Shown here one piece after another: positions 1 through 9,498 of a stretch of DNA of 64,000 nt. The DNA comes from an uncultured delta proteobacterium. Lineage in GTDB: Bacteria; Myxococcota; Myxococcia; Myxococcales; Myxococcaceae. The translations under genes and the position numbers were made by a program. The DNA lies in contig CAVYSY010000027.1 of assembly GCA_963771175.1 (NCBI GenBank), positions 64,001 through 128,000 on the forward strand, in the 5' to 3' direction. The notes below the pieces were generated by a model that was not told the origin of the DNA, did not search any database, and was given only the letters and a program-made list of their open reading frames with translations. How positions within the stretch are numbered: the stretch's first letter is position 1; each line of letters begins with the position of its first letter.

Positions 1-2
1 GA

Positions 3-692
3 ATGAACCTCCCGGTGGTTGGGCCGGGGACCATGGGGAGAGGCGGCAAGAAGGCACGCCAGGTGCGCAGGTGGGTACTGGCGCTGCTGGCCACGGGGCT
101 GGCGGCGGTCCTGGGCGTATGGGCTGTCTCCCTCTATGTGGAGAAGCGCTACGAGCACCGGATCATCCCGCGCACCCAGGTGCCCCGGAAGCCGGTGGCG
201 CTGGTGTACGGAGCGGGACTGGCGCCCGGAGGGGTGCCCTCGCCAGTGCTGGCCCAGCGGCTGGACGCCGCCATCGCCCTCTACCGGGAGGGACAGGTGG
301 ACGTACTGCTGCTCAGCGGAGACAACTCGGACCGTTTCCACGACGAGACGCGCGCCATGGCGCGGTACGTGCTGGACCGGGGCGTGCCCGAGTCCGACGT
401 GCAGGAGGACGACGCGGGCCTGTCCACCTACGACAGCTCCGTGCGGGCGCACACCGTCTTCGGGGTGAGCGAGGCGGTGCTCGTCACCCAGCGCTTCCAC
501 CTGACGCGGGCCCTCTACATCGCCAACTCGGTGGGCATCGACGCCTGGGGGGTGGCCGCGGACGAGGGACGCCCCCGCACCCGCCGCTACGCCCTGCGCG
601 AGACGCTCTCCCGGGTGCTCGCCCTGGGCATGGTGATGGCGGAGGCCCAGCCACGCTACCCCTCGGGCCGCACGCTCGCCCCGCCGCGCTGA
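3..692 (+). CDS. SanA/YdcF (DUF218/ElyC) family membrane-anchored protein
   Basis: N-terminal TM helix; motifs VYGAG, RLDAAIALY, LLSGDN, GLSTYDS, VTQRFHLTRA and RE are typical of DUF218. The start may be the ATG at 33. Confidence 0.85.
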   Translation: MNLPVVGPGTMGRGGKKARQVRRWVLALLATGLAAVLGVWAVSLYVEKRYEHRIIPRTQVPRKPVALVYGAGLAPGGVPSPVLAQRLDAAIALYREGQVDVLLLSGDNSDRFHDETRAMARYVLDRGVPESDVQEDDAGLSTYDSSVRAHTVFGVSEAVLVTQRFHLTRALYIANSVGIDAWGVAADEGRPRTRRYALRETLSRVLALGMVMAEAQPRYPSGRTLAPPR

Positions 693-797
693 GCCGAGCC
701 ACAGGGCGGGCGGGCAACCGGGGTTCGTTGCGTGGAATCCAATGGGTTCGCACCGTTGGCTCGGAGCAGCCCACCCGGCGTGCCCGGAGGAGACACC

Positions 798-1077
798 ATG
801 CGATTCAAGGACCTCGGCAGCGAGGACGTGGGTGAATCGGAATCCCTGCGGAACCGGGACCCCGTCACCGGCCAGGAGCACATCAACTTCACCGACCAGG
901 AGCTGTCCGCGACGCCTCCGCTGGAGGACTCACCGGACTTCCGGGACATCCTCCCGGACCAGATTCATGAGTTCCGGCGGGGCGAGGAGGAAGAGGAAGG
1001 CGAGGAGAAGGAGCTCACCGCCCGGCCCAACGAGCCGCTCCGCCCCATGCCGCCGAACGAGCATGCCCGAACGGTAG
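798..1077 (+). CDS. Small acidic hypothetical protein (3' end probably frameshifted)
   Basis: GGAGGAG RBS before the ATG at 798; acidic sequence MRFKDLGSEDVGESE...EEEEEGEEKE. The native stop is probably the TAG ending at 1077 in another frame, just before the next gene. Confidence 0.55.
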
Positions 1078-1092
1078 GCGAGGCCTGGCCCC

Positions 1093-2229
1093 TTGGCGCT
1101 CCCCACGCGACCGCACTCCCAGGTGACGCCCCGCACGGTGTGGACGGTGGCGGTGAACGTGCTGGCGTTGGTGGCCGTGCTGTGGCTGGTGGCCACGGCG
1201 TGGACGGTCATCTCCTGGATGATGGTGTCCCTCTTCCTGTCGCTGGCGGCCTGGCCGATGGTGCGCTGGTTGGAGCGGAGGGGACTCCGGCGCGGCGTGG
1301 CGGTGCTGGGGGTGTTCCTGCTGGGGCTCGGCCTGCTGACGGCGCTGGTCATGACGCTGGTGCCCATGTTCATCGAGCAGGGTCGGGCCCTGGTGCGGGC
1401 GGCGCCGGACTACATCGAGGAGCTGCGGCACCGGGCGTGGGTGGAGAGGCTGGACGAGCGCTACGACATCATCGAACGGGTGTCGGCGGATCTTCGCCGC
1501 CGCATCCCCATGACACCCGGGCCCGTGCTCGGGGTGGTGTCGGACATCCTGCGCAACCTGGCCGCCGCCATCACCATCGCCGCGCTGACGGTCTTCATCC
1601 TGCTGTTCGGCGGGAACCTGTTCGACAAGTCCCTGCTGTGGGTGGAGCCCTCGCGCCGCGAGCACTGGCGGAGGCTGGGGCACGAGATGCTCCGCACGGT
1701 GGGCGGCTACGTGGCCGGGGCGTTCCTCATCTCGTTCATCGGCGGGATGGTGACGGCGATATCCACGATGCTGCTGGGAGTGCCCTACTTCCTCGCCCTC
1801 GGACTGGCCATGGCCGTGCTGGGGCTCGTCCCCTATGTGGGCTCGTTCCTGGGCGCCATCCTGGTGGCGGGGACGACGTTCGCCTCGGTGGGAACGAAGG
1901 CGGGTCTCATCGCGCTGGGGATATTCCTCGTCTACCAGCAGCTCGAGGGCAACCTGCTGCAACCGCTCATCCAGCGCCGGACGCTGAACATGAACCCGCT
2001 GCTCATCGCCCTGGTGATGTTGTTGGGCACGGCCCTGGCGGGACTCATCGGCGCGCTGCTGGCGCTCCCGATCGCCGGGGCGGTGCAGGTACTGGTGCAG
2101 GAGCGGCTGTCGCAACTGCACGCGCGGTGGCGCATGGACCAGGGCGGGGCGACGCGCGTCATCCTGGCCCCCGAGGACGCGGCGCCTCGGCAGAAGCCCC
2201 CCGCCGAGCCCCCGGTCCTGCAACACTGA
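1093..2229 (+). CDS. AI-2E family transporter
   Basis: Multiple TM helices; family motifs VPYVGS, YQQLEGNLLQPLI, LNMNPL and GLIGALLALP. Confidence 0.9.
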   Translation: MALPTRPHSQVTPRTVWTVAVNVLALVAVLWLVATAWTVISWMMVSLFLSLAAWPMVRWLERRGLRRGVAVLGVFLLGLGLLTALVMTLVPMFIEQGRALVRAAPDYIEELRHRAWVERLDERYDIIERVSADLRRRIPMTPGPVLGVVSDILRNLAAAITIAALTVFILLFGGNLFDKSLLWVEPSRREHWRRLGHEMLRTVGGYVAGAFLISFIGGMVTAISTMLLGVPYFLALGLAMAVLGLVPYVGSFLGAILVAGTTFASVGTKAGLIALGIFLVYQQLEGNLLQPLIQRRTLNMNPLLIALVMLLGTALAGLIGALLALPIAGAVQVLVQERLSQLHARWRMDQGGATRVILAPEDAAPRQKPPAEPPVLQH

Positions 2230-2416
2230 GCCTCCGCCCCCTGGAGGCCATGGGGGCGGGTGCCACGAGGACTCGGGCCCGACCCCCTCCCGGAGAAGAG
2301 GGCCGGAGCGACACGGCTCAGCGACGGCCGCGAGCGGCTCCCCGCTTGCCGGCGGTCCGGGTACTCGCGGCCTTGCGCGCGGGAGCCCGCTTGGCGCCAG
2401 TGGCCTTCCGGGCCGG

Positions 2417-2672
2417 AGCCTTCTTCACGGCGCGACCTTCTTCGCCGGGGCCTTCTTCGCGACCGCCTTCTTCGCCGGGGCCTTCTTCGCGGCCGCCTTC
2501 TTCGCGGGGGCCTTCTTCGCCGGGGCCTTCTTCGCGACCGCCTTCTTCGCCGGGGCCTTCTTCGCGGCCGCCTTCTTCGCGGCGGCCTTCTTCGCGGCCG
2601 CCTTCTTCGCGGCCGCCTTCTTCGCGGCCGCCTTCTTCGCCGGGGCCTTCTTCGCGGCCGCCTTCTTCGCGG
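2417..2672. repeat. 15-bp tandem repeat (xxGCCTTCTTCGCxx) encoding AAKKA-type pentapeptides
   Basis: Directly visible, about 16 units around CCTTCTTCGC. Confidence 0.95.
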
Positions 2673-3522
2673 CGGCCGCGCCACCCCGGGCCGGAGTGCC
2701 CGCGACGGACCTCGCCACGGCGGCGGCGGTACTCGCCACGGAAGCAGCCGTCTTCGCAGCACCCTCCACCACGGAAGCGGCCCTCTTCACCGCGCGCCGG
2801 GCCCCGGCAGCGGCCTTCTTCGCCACCCCCTGGGGACGGGCCACGGGCTCGGCCTGCTCCTGGGCGGCCGACTGCCGGAGCTGCTCCACACGGCGCTCGG
2901 CGGCGGCGACCACCATCTGCCGCAGCTCTTCCTCGCCCTCCTCCTGGGCCGCCGCCCTCGGGGCCTCGCCCTCCTCGTATTCCACCGAGAGGTCGCTCAG
3001 CGCCCCCTGCACCGCGGAGAGGGCCCGGGCGTACGTCCTGTCACCAAACTCCTCCACCTCGGCGGGGGGCACGAGCACCTCGAGCATTTCCCTCAGCGAG
3101 CGGTACAGCCGCAGCTCGCGCGCCTCCGTCTCCCAGGTGCCGAAGATCGAATCATCGCCCGACAGCGACTCCGCCCAGTCCGGCAGGGGGCTATCGGACT
3201 GCTCCACCATCGCGGACTTGCGCGCGACGAAGAGCTGACGGTGCGGGCCCTTCACCCCGATGCGCCAGAGGCCAGCGGCCGGAAGGCTCTCCAGCTTCAG
3301 CCGCGTCTTCTCCAGCACGCTGGGCGCGCCCTCGGGGCCATGCAGCGGGAAGAGGACCACCTCTCCCAGGAACTCACCGCCGTTGGACATCCGATATAGC
3401 GCGCCGAGCTCCTCGGGGAAGGGCACCCCACACTCGGTCTCCGCACGCCGGATATCCTCGGCCTCCACTCCGGCCACCATCCTCTTCGCCGACTTCTGAA
3501 GTCCCTCCAACCACTCGTGCAT
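2425..3522 (-). CDS. SMI1/KNR4-domain protein with C-terminal histone-H1-like (A[A/P/V]AKK)n tail
   Basis: N-terminus [32 protein letters not shown] is a SMI1/KNR4 signature; ATG at 3522; 16 xxAKK repeats. The basic tail continues in a shifted frame to a stop at 2318-2320. Confidence 0.8.
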   Translation of the reverse strand: MHEWLEGLQKSAKRMVAGVEAEDIRRAETECGVPFPEELGALYRMSNGGEFLGEVVLFPLHGPEGAPSVLEKTRLKLESLPAAGLWRIGVKGPHRQLFVARKSAMVEQSDSPLPDWAESLSGDDSIFGTWETEARELRLYRSLREMLEVLVPPAEVEEFGDRTYARALSAVQGALSDLSVEYEEGEAPRAAAQEEGEEELRQMVVAAAERRVEQLRQSAAQEQAEPVARPQGVAKKAAAGARRAVKRAASVVEGAAKTAASVASTAAAVARSVAGTPARGGAAAAKKAAAKKAPAKKAAAKKAAAKKAAAKKAAAKKAAAKKAPAKKAVAKKAPAKKAPAKKAAAKKAPAKKAVAKKAPAKKVAP

Positions 3523-3701
3523 GTCCCCTCCCCTCGAAGGGCCCCAACTTACGGCGCCTGGGGCCTGCTGCGCAGCAGTGCGCCTCGTGGGATATTGTGC
3601 ACGGCACCGGCTCCCGAGGGCAGTCTTTCGCACCCGGAAGCCTCTGGTCCCGTGTTCTGTCAACCACGGGCCTACCCCGCCACATCCCATTGGAGCCCCC
3701 C

Positions 3702-4235
3702 ATGCGACGCCTTCACCTCCTGCTTCCCCTCGCCGCCCTGATCCTGACCGCCTGCGGTCCCAGCCACGAAGGCACCGTCACCTACCAGGTGCACTTCAAG
3801 CCCGGCGACGTGACGGGCAGCACCATCGCCGATGACGAGGACGTGAACCCCGACAACACCCAGTGGAAGACCTTCCTGGCCCAGGCCCAGACGACCCTGG
3901 AGCAGGCCCCCACCGAGTTCGAGGTGACGGGCGTGCGCATCCAGCTCGACCCCACGAAGTCGAAGAACGTGGGCATGCTGCAGGACGTGCTCACCGGCGA
4001 GGTGACGGCCTACCTGCGTGCCTCGAACGGCGCCCAGGTGGACATCGCCGCGGTCGAGGACCCCACGGGCAGCGCCCAGTTGGACATGGACACGCTCGGT
4101 AACGACCTGGAGTCGCTGAACGCGAGCCTGGCCCAGAGCGACTTCCGCCTCGGGATGCGCGGCACCACCCCCAAGGCGCCTGGCAGCGACTTCGAGGCCA
4201 CCGTCACCATCACCCTGGACGTCACCGCCCGCTAG
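3702..4235 (+). CDS. Hypothetical lipoprotein
   Basis: GGAG RBS; signal peptide [18 protein letters not shown] with lipobox; GC3-rich coding pattern. Confidence 0.8.
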   Translation: MRRLHLLLPLAALILTACGPSHEGTVTYQVHFKPGDVTGSTIADDEDVNPDNTQWKTFLAQAQTTLEQAPTEFEVTGVRIQLDPTKSKNVGMLQDVLTGEVTAYLRASNGAQVDIAAVEDPTGSAQLDMDTLGNDLESLNASLAQSDFRLGMRGTTPKAPGSDFEATVTITLDVTAR

Positions 4236-4367
4236 CGCCAGTCGCCTCCGTCCCCGGGGCTCCCCTGTCCGTCCAGGGGGGCCTCGCCCGGTGGCCTCCC
4301 CTCCCCTGTCCTCCCGCCCCTCTCCGGGCCAGCTTCTCCCGGAAAAGGCCTGCAAGGAGTGGAGCAC

Positions 4368-5078
4368 ATGAATCGCTGGTGGGGACGGTGTGTGCTGCTC
4401 GGAGCGATGGTGGTGGCGGGTGGCTCGGCGCTGGCGCAGGGGGGGCCCAGCTCGCCCAAGGAGCCCCTGCCCAAGCATGAGGGGAAGCAAAGCCCTCAGC
4501 AGCTCCAGGCCGTGGAACTCAGCCGGCAGATGCTCGCCAATGGCGAGCAGGGCTTCCTCGCACAGCTCCATGACCTCCACCAGACGGAGATAGCCGTCGG
4601 GAAGCTCACCGAGCAGAAGGCCTTCACGCCGGCCGTGCGGCAGTACGGCGAGGAGATGGTGCGAGACCACCAGAAGGCCGACCAGCAGCTCCTGGACTAC
4701 GCGAAGCAGCGCGGCTTCCAGCTCGGCAGGATGGAGCCCACCAACGACGTGCAGCGCCGGCTCCAGAGCGCCACCGAGGCCACCAAGGCGACACTGCCGA
4801 TGCTGCAGGGCACCCTGTACGACCAGCAGTACCTCGCCTCCCAGGTGGCTTCCCATGACCAGGCCATCCAACTGGTGATGCTCGGCCGGCAGCAGTACCC
4901 CCAGCTCGCGTCGATGCTGGACGGTCTGCTGCCCACCCTCCGCGAGCACCGGGACCGGGCGTACCAGCTCCTCGGGCAGACCCAACCCCAGGCCCAGGCG
5001 GGCCAGCAGCCAGCCCAGCCCCAGCAGCCAGCCCAGCAGCAGCGGCAGGCACGCCCGCCGCCCGGCGAGCGGCGCTGA
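4368..5078 (+). CDS. DUF4142 (ferritin-like) secreted protein with Gln-rich tail
   Basis: Signal peptide; EIAVGKL, VRQYGEEMVRDH, YDQQYL...VASH and LPTLREH match the DUF4142 pattern. Confidence 0.8.
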   Translation: MNRWWGRCVLLGAMVVAGGSALAQGGPSSPKEPLPKHEGKQSPQQLQAVELSRQMLANGEQGFLAQLHDLHQTEIAVGKLTEQKAFTPAVRQYGEEMVRDHQKADQQLLDYAKQRGFQLGRMEPTNDVQRRLQSATEATKATLPMLQGTLYDQQYLASQVASHDQAIQLVMLGRQQYPQLASMLDGLLPTLREHRDRAYQLLGQTQPQAQAGQQPAQPQQPAQQQRQARPPPGERR

Positions 5079-5285
5079 GCCGGGCCTCGCCCTCCGGGGC
5101 CTGACGCCGAATCCTCCGAGCTGCCCACGGTGTGGCCGTGGGTGCCCGGAGTGGGAACGCGCCTTCTCACAGTGTGGCCCCGCGGTCCGTCGAGTCCGAG
5201 AACCGTGGAGCGTGTGGGGCCTCCGCCAGATGACTCCGCCCGGGCACGCCCGCTGCACACGAGCCCAGCCACCGACGGAGGTGGC

Positions 5286-7067
5286 ATGGGGCGATGGGCC
5301 TGGGTCATGGCGGTGGGACTGGCGGGAGTGCTGGCCTGCGGGGGCGAAGCGGACACCCGGGCCGCCCCTCCCGAGTCACCCGTCCAGCAACAACCGTTCC
5401 CCACGGAGACCAGCACCACCACCACCCAAGATGGAGGGACGCCCGGGCCAAGGACTCCCGATGCGGGAGCGCCGCCCCTGGACGCGGGGATGCCACCGGA
5501 CGCGGGGATGCCACCGGACGCGGGGGGCTTCCCCCCGGTCCAGACGCGGGTCCCCACCTTCACCCTGCACGTGGCCCCGGAGGCCCTGGCGAAGCTGGAG
5601 GCGAATCCGGAATCGGATGAGCAGGTGCCCGTGGTGGTGGAGCTGGACGGGGTGCGGGCCCCGGGGCGCATGCGCTACCGCGGCGCGAGCACCCGCACGC
5701 TGGTGCAGAAGAGCTTCAAGCTCGAGCTCGACCCCGGCTACGAACTGGAGGACCGCGACCACTTCGAGCTGCTCGCCTGCTGGTTCGACGGCGGCAAGCT
5801 GACGGAGAAGTTCGCGATGGACCTGTACGCGGCGCTGGGGCTGCCCGCCCCGAAGGCCCGCTACGCGCGAGTGAGCCTCAACGGCAAGCCCAACGGGCTC
5901 TACCTGGACGTCGAGCACGTGGGGAAGGACTTCCTCAAGCACCACGGAATGGAGCGCGGGGCGTCCATCTACCGGTGCGGCGGTCGCAACTGCGAGCTGA
6001 CGCTCCAGCCCGGCCCCTACCAGGACGACTTCGCGAAGAAGACGAACGAGGACACCGGCTGGGAGGACCTGGAGGCGCTCCTCGCCGTGGTGAACCGGAG
6101 CGACGACTCGGAGCTGGAGGCGTGGCTGGCCGCGCACGTGAACCTGGAGGCCTACCTGGGCAACCTCGCGGCCGACGCGCTCATCTCCAACAACATCGTC
6201 GAGGACTCCCGCAGCTTCTGGCTCCACGAGCACCAGCGGGACGTGTGGACCTACATCCCCTGGGACCTGAACAACGCGCGGATGCTGTACTGGCGCACGT
6301 GGGAGGCGGACCTGCCGCCCTACACGAAACGCGAACCGCGGCTCTTCTCCCTCTATGACCCGACGGTGCAGAGCATGTGGGAGAAGCGGTTGGTGGAGGA
6401 CTCGAGCCAGCGGCCCACGTGGAGCGTGCTCAATACGCGCATCTGGGACCGACCGGCGCTGCGAGAGCGGCTGCTCGCGAAGCTGGAGGCGGCGATGGAG
6501 GGGCCCTTCACCGAGGAGAAGGCCGGAGCACACATCGACGCGCTGTGGCGGGTGGTGGGGCCGGAGCTGGACAAGGACCCCTACGTCTCGAGGGAGCACG
6601 CCGCTCGGGCGAGGGGCTTCCTGAAGGACTACGTCCGGGGACGGCGGACGTACCTGCGGAAGATGCTGGCCACGCTGCGGGCACACGGCTCGGGTGCGCT
6701 GGTCATCCGCGAGGTGTCGGCGGGAAGCCGTGGGTACATCGAGGTCCTCAACCGCGGCACCGAGCCGCTCAACCTCCAGGGCTACGCCGTGACGAACGAC
6801 CTGCGCGAGCCGTCGAAGTACCGGCTGCCGGCGCTCCCGCTCAATCCCGGCCAGGCGCTGCGGCTGGTGGCGGACGGCTTCACGGAGGCCGGGCCCACGC
6901 ACCTGCCCTTCACGCTGTCCCGCTCGGGGGGCGAGGTGGGGCTCTTCGACGGCACGCACGTGTACGGCCCCGAGGACGCCCTCTACTACGGGCCCCTGCC
7001 CTCGGGGACGGTGTACTCCCGGAAGGACCCCTGGAGCGACGACTTCGAGCGCCGGCTCGTCCCATGA
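5286..7067 (+). CDS. CotH kinase family lipoprotein with C-terminal lamin-tail-like domain
   Basis: Lipobox VLAC; CotH motifs RYRGASTR..QKSFKLE, NGLYLDVEHV and IPWDLN; C-terminal VIREV...IEVLN...NLQGY...HLPFTL...G resembles an LTD. Confidence 0.85.
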   Translation: MGRWAWVMAVGLAGVLACGGEADTRAAPPESPVQQQPFPTETSTTTTQDGGTPGPRTPDAGAPPLDAGMPPDAGMPPDAGGFPPVQTRVPTFTLHVAPEALAKLEANPESDEQVPVVVELDGVRAPGRMRYRGASTRTLVQKSFKLELDPGYELEDRDHFELLACWFDGGKLTEKFAMDLYAALGLPAPKARYARVSLNGKPNGLYLDVEHVGKDFLKHHGMERGASIYRCGGRNCELTLQPGPYQDDFAKKTNEDTGWEDLEALLAVVNRSDDSELEAWLAAHVNLEAYLGNLAADALISNNIVEDSRSFWLHEHQRDVWTYIPWDLNNARMLYWRTWEADLPPYTKREPRLFSLYDPTVQSMWEKRLVEDSSQRPTWSVLNTRIWDRPALRERLLAKLEAAMEGPFTEEKAGAHIDALWRVVGPELDKDPYVSREHAARARGFLKDYVRGRRTYLRKMLATLRAHGSGALVIREVSAGSRGYIEVLNRGTEPLNLQGYAVTNDLREPSKYRLPALPLNPGQALRLVADGFTEAGPTHLPFTLSRSGGEVGLFDGTHVYGPEDALYYGPLPSGTVYSRKDPWSDDFERRLVP

Positions 7068-7105
7068 GTTGAAGCGGGGACGGCGCCCCGTTACAGGGAG
7101 GCGCC

Positions 7106-7450
7106 ATGGCACATCCCGTGAGCTACGACGCGACGCCGGAGAACTTCGACGCCCTGGTGCTGGAGCCCCGGGGCGAGCTGGTGGTGGTGGACTTCTGGGG
7201 CCCCGGCTGCCCCAACTGCGACATCTACGCGGCGGCGGAGCCCTCGCTGCTCTCCGAGCTGGACGGAGCGCGGATGCGCGTGGTGAAGGTGAACGCGTAC
7301 GAGCACGAGGAGCTGGCGCGGCGCTTCGGCCTGTACGGCATCCCCACCTTCCTGCTGTTCCGCGATGGCCAGCGGCTCGGGAAGATGAGCCAGTACTACG
7401 GGCGCGAGTACTGGCTCGGCGTCGTCCGTGAGCACCTGCCCACGGCCTGA
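7106..7450 (+). CDS. Thioredoxin family protein
   Basis: VVVDFWGPGCPNC (CxxC) and cis-Pro motif GIPTFLLF; 114 aa. Confidence 0.9.
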   Translation: MAHPVSYDATPENFDALVLEPRGELVVVDFWGPGCPNCDIYAAAEPSLLSELDGARMRVVKVNAYEHEELARRFGLYGIPTFLLFRDGQRLGKMSQYYGREYWLGVVREHLPTA

Positions 7451-7474
7451 GGACGAACGGGCAGCGGCCCCCGG

Positions 7475-8533
7475 CTACGGGCGGCGCAGCTCGGGGAACG
7501 GAGAGGTCGGCGAGCAGTAGCGCCCGGTCACCAGGGACCAGCACACGTTGCCCCGCATCCACGCCTTCATCCCGTCCACGTAGAAGGCCACCCGCGCATC
7601 GTCGAGCAGCCCCGACTGGAGCAGCCGCTCCTCGCACGCCTGGAAGCACTCCACGTCCGCGTTCACCACCTGGATGGCCTCGGCCACCGACTCCTCCAGG
7701 CCGAGCGCGTGGTGCACCTGCAGCACGTGGACGAGGTTGTTCGGGTTGCGGCTCCAGAGCACCTCCTTCTCATAGGAGAAGAGGTCGTTGCTCAGCGCCA
7801 CCACCCGGGTGCACAGCTCCCGCATCCGCCGCAGCTCGGGAGTCGCGAGCACGTGGCCGGGCAGCTCGCGCCCCTCCTGGGCGAACTCCACGAGGTCCAC
7901 GCACGTATACATGCCCGAGTCCTCGGCGCGCTGGGTGAGGTAGGCGTCGAAGTCGGGGACGGTGCCGGCCGTCCAGTGCCGCGAGGCCTGCAGCGTGCCC
8001 TGGAAGAGGTAGCTCTCCACGTCATCGGCGAAGCGCGACAGCCAGGACTCGCTGGCCAGGCGCTCCATGCGCCGACGGATGTCGTAGGTGAATCGCTCGA
8101 GCGGCCGGGCCCGGGTGCGCAGGGCCCCGCCACGCAGCACCTCCAGGCACGCCTCCATGTACTCCTGGAGGTACGCCGGCCGCTGGCCCACGTCGGCGCA
8201 CTCGTCGGCCTCGTCGTCGAAGAGGAACAGCCACACGTGCCAGTCGTTGCACAGCTCCAGCCGCTCCCGCGTCGCCTCCGGGTAGGCGTAGGCCGCGAGC
8301 AGGCCGAACTGGCTCGCATCGAAGCGCCGCAGCACCGACGGCACCCTCGGCAGCAGCTTCACCCCCAGCACCCGCGCCCGAGTGGCCTGCTCGATGTACC
8401 GGGCGTGCGGGCTCGGCTCCGAGGGCCAGGTGGAGGGAATCCGCAGCAGCGACAGGCTGGGACCCTGGAGAACGGGAACCTCTCTCGACGAGAAGGACTC
8501 ACCAGCGGGGACCAACTTCGCGGCGGGGAGCAT
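7475..8533 (-). CDS. Class I terpene synthase (cyclase)
   Basis: Asp-rich FDDEADE, pyrophosphate-sensor R, NSE triad NDLFSYEKE and C-terminal WSLVTGRY; the ATG at 8533 has a GGAGG RBS. Confidence 0.92.
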   Translation of the reverse strand: MLPAAKLVPAGESFSSREVPVLQGPSLSLLRIPSTWPSEPSPHARYIEQATRARVLGVKLLPRVPSVLRRFDASQFGLLAAYAYPEATRERLELCNDWHVWLFLFDDEADECADVGQRPAYLQEYMEACLEVLRGGALRTRARPLERFTYDIRRRMERLASESWLSRFADDVESYLFQGTLQASRHWTAGTVPDFDAYLTQRAEDSGMYTCVDLVEFAQEGRELPGHVLATPELRRMRELCTRVVALSNDLFSYEKEVLWSRNPNNLVHVLQVHHALGLEESVAEAIQVVNADVECFQACEERLLQSGLLDDARVAFYVDGMKAWMRGNVCWSLVTGRYCSPTSPFPELRRP

Positions 8534-8865
8534 CGGAACCTCCCTGTGCGAGGTGCCCCTCCAGGCAGCACACCCGCTCATGAATAACTTTGACCTTCAC
8601 TATAATACTGAATTCAGGCTGTAAGAAACATCTTAATTTCTCAGTAGGGGAGAGCCCCCACATTGGGTGCTGATGTAGCCGGAGTGCCCCCAAGAACCGA
8701 GAGCGCAAGACTACTGGAGTTGGAGGTGAGCCACGACAACGTGACGAGCCAGGAGAGCCTCCGAGGTGTTGAGCACCGGATGGACCCGCATCCCAACATC
8801 GCCATCCGAAACAAATCCCCTCAGAGGCGAGGGCGGAGCACAAAAGTGCAGTGGCGGTGCTGCTT

Positions 8866-8984
8866 CGGAGCGTTTCACTTGTCACCGGTGACAAGCGGAA
8901 TGGGGCCGGAGCGTTTCACTCGTCACCGGTGACGAGCGGAATGGGGCCCCGGAGGGTTTCACTCGTCACCGGTGACGAGCGGAA
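8866..8984. repeat. Three tandem 41-43-bp units, each with a perfect 18-bp palindrome
   Basis: CTTGTCACCGGTGACAAG (8878-8895) and CTCGTCACCGGTGACGAG (8919-8936, 8962-8979), each framed by GTTTCA...CGGAA. Confidence 0.92.
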
Positions 8985-9221
8985 CCACAACCCGTTCCTC
9001 CTCGCGCCGGGGTCTCTCCCGCGGAGGACGCGTTGCCGTCCCCGGAGCCCCGCAGCGTGCGCCAAGCCATGGCCAGCAGGACGATGGTGCCGCCCACCAG
9101 CGCCCAGGGGCTGGGACGCTCCCCGGCGAAAAGGAAGGTCCACACGCGGTTGAGCACCGGCTTCGAGCAGGATGAGCAGCGAGGCCTCCACTGCGGGCGT
9201 CTCGCGCAGATCGCGCAGCAA
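8966..9221 (-). pseudogene. C-terminal remnant of a DMT/EamA-family transporter
   Basis: Reads LRETPAVEASLLILLE / frameshift / PVLNRVWTFLFAGERPSPWALVGGTIVLL, the typical last two helices of EamA; no N-terminal part upstream. Confidence 0.7.
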
Positions 9222-9291
9222 GTCCCGTCAGAAGCGACGAACAGCGCCAGGGAGCCCACACCGCCCGAGCCAGCCACGAATCCCGAGTCCA

Positions 9292-9470
9292 CCCCTCCCG
9301 GCCGCGCTCTTCACCAACTTGTACACCAGGTGGACAAGTTGCTGACGAACGCGCCCGGCAGCCCCCTTGTCTCGCGAGACCCACCGACCTCCCGGCCGCG
9401 CTTTTCAAAAACCTGTCCGACAGTCGGACAGGTTTCTCGAAACCGCGCCCGGCGGGTGCCCTGTCTGCGA
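9292..9470. repeat. REP/BIME-like palindromic module cluster A (2 modules)
   Basis: Hairpin cores AACTTGTACAC-CAG-GTGGACAAGTT (9316-9340) and AAACCTGTCCGA-CAG-TCGGACAGGTTT (9409-9435), each preceded by CCTCCCGGCCGCGCT and followed by CGCGCCCGGC. Confidence 0.85.
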
Positions 9471-9498
9471 GCTGTGTGGACCCCCACCCGGCTCGTCT

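Noticed and set aside
732..4235. 1167-aa ORF on the + strand
   Set aside because: It is a chimera of a small gene (798-~1077), off-frame sequence over the AI-2E gene, antisense of the SMI1 gene and the real lipoprotein at 3702; stop-poor frames are common at this GC content.
8590..8606. TTGACC and TATAAT hexamers
   Set aside because: They are only 5 bp apart, so they cannot form a sigma70 promoter together.
8866..8984. Possible mini-CRISPR array
   Set aside because: The sequence between palindromes is nearly identical from unit to unit (no unique spacers), and there are no cas genes.
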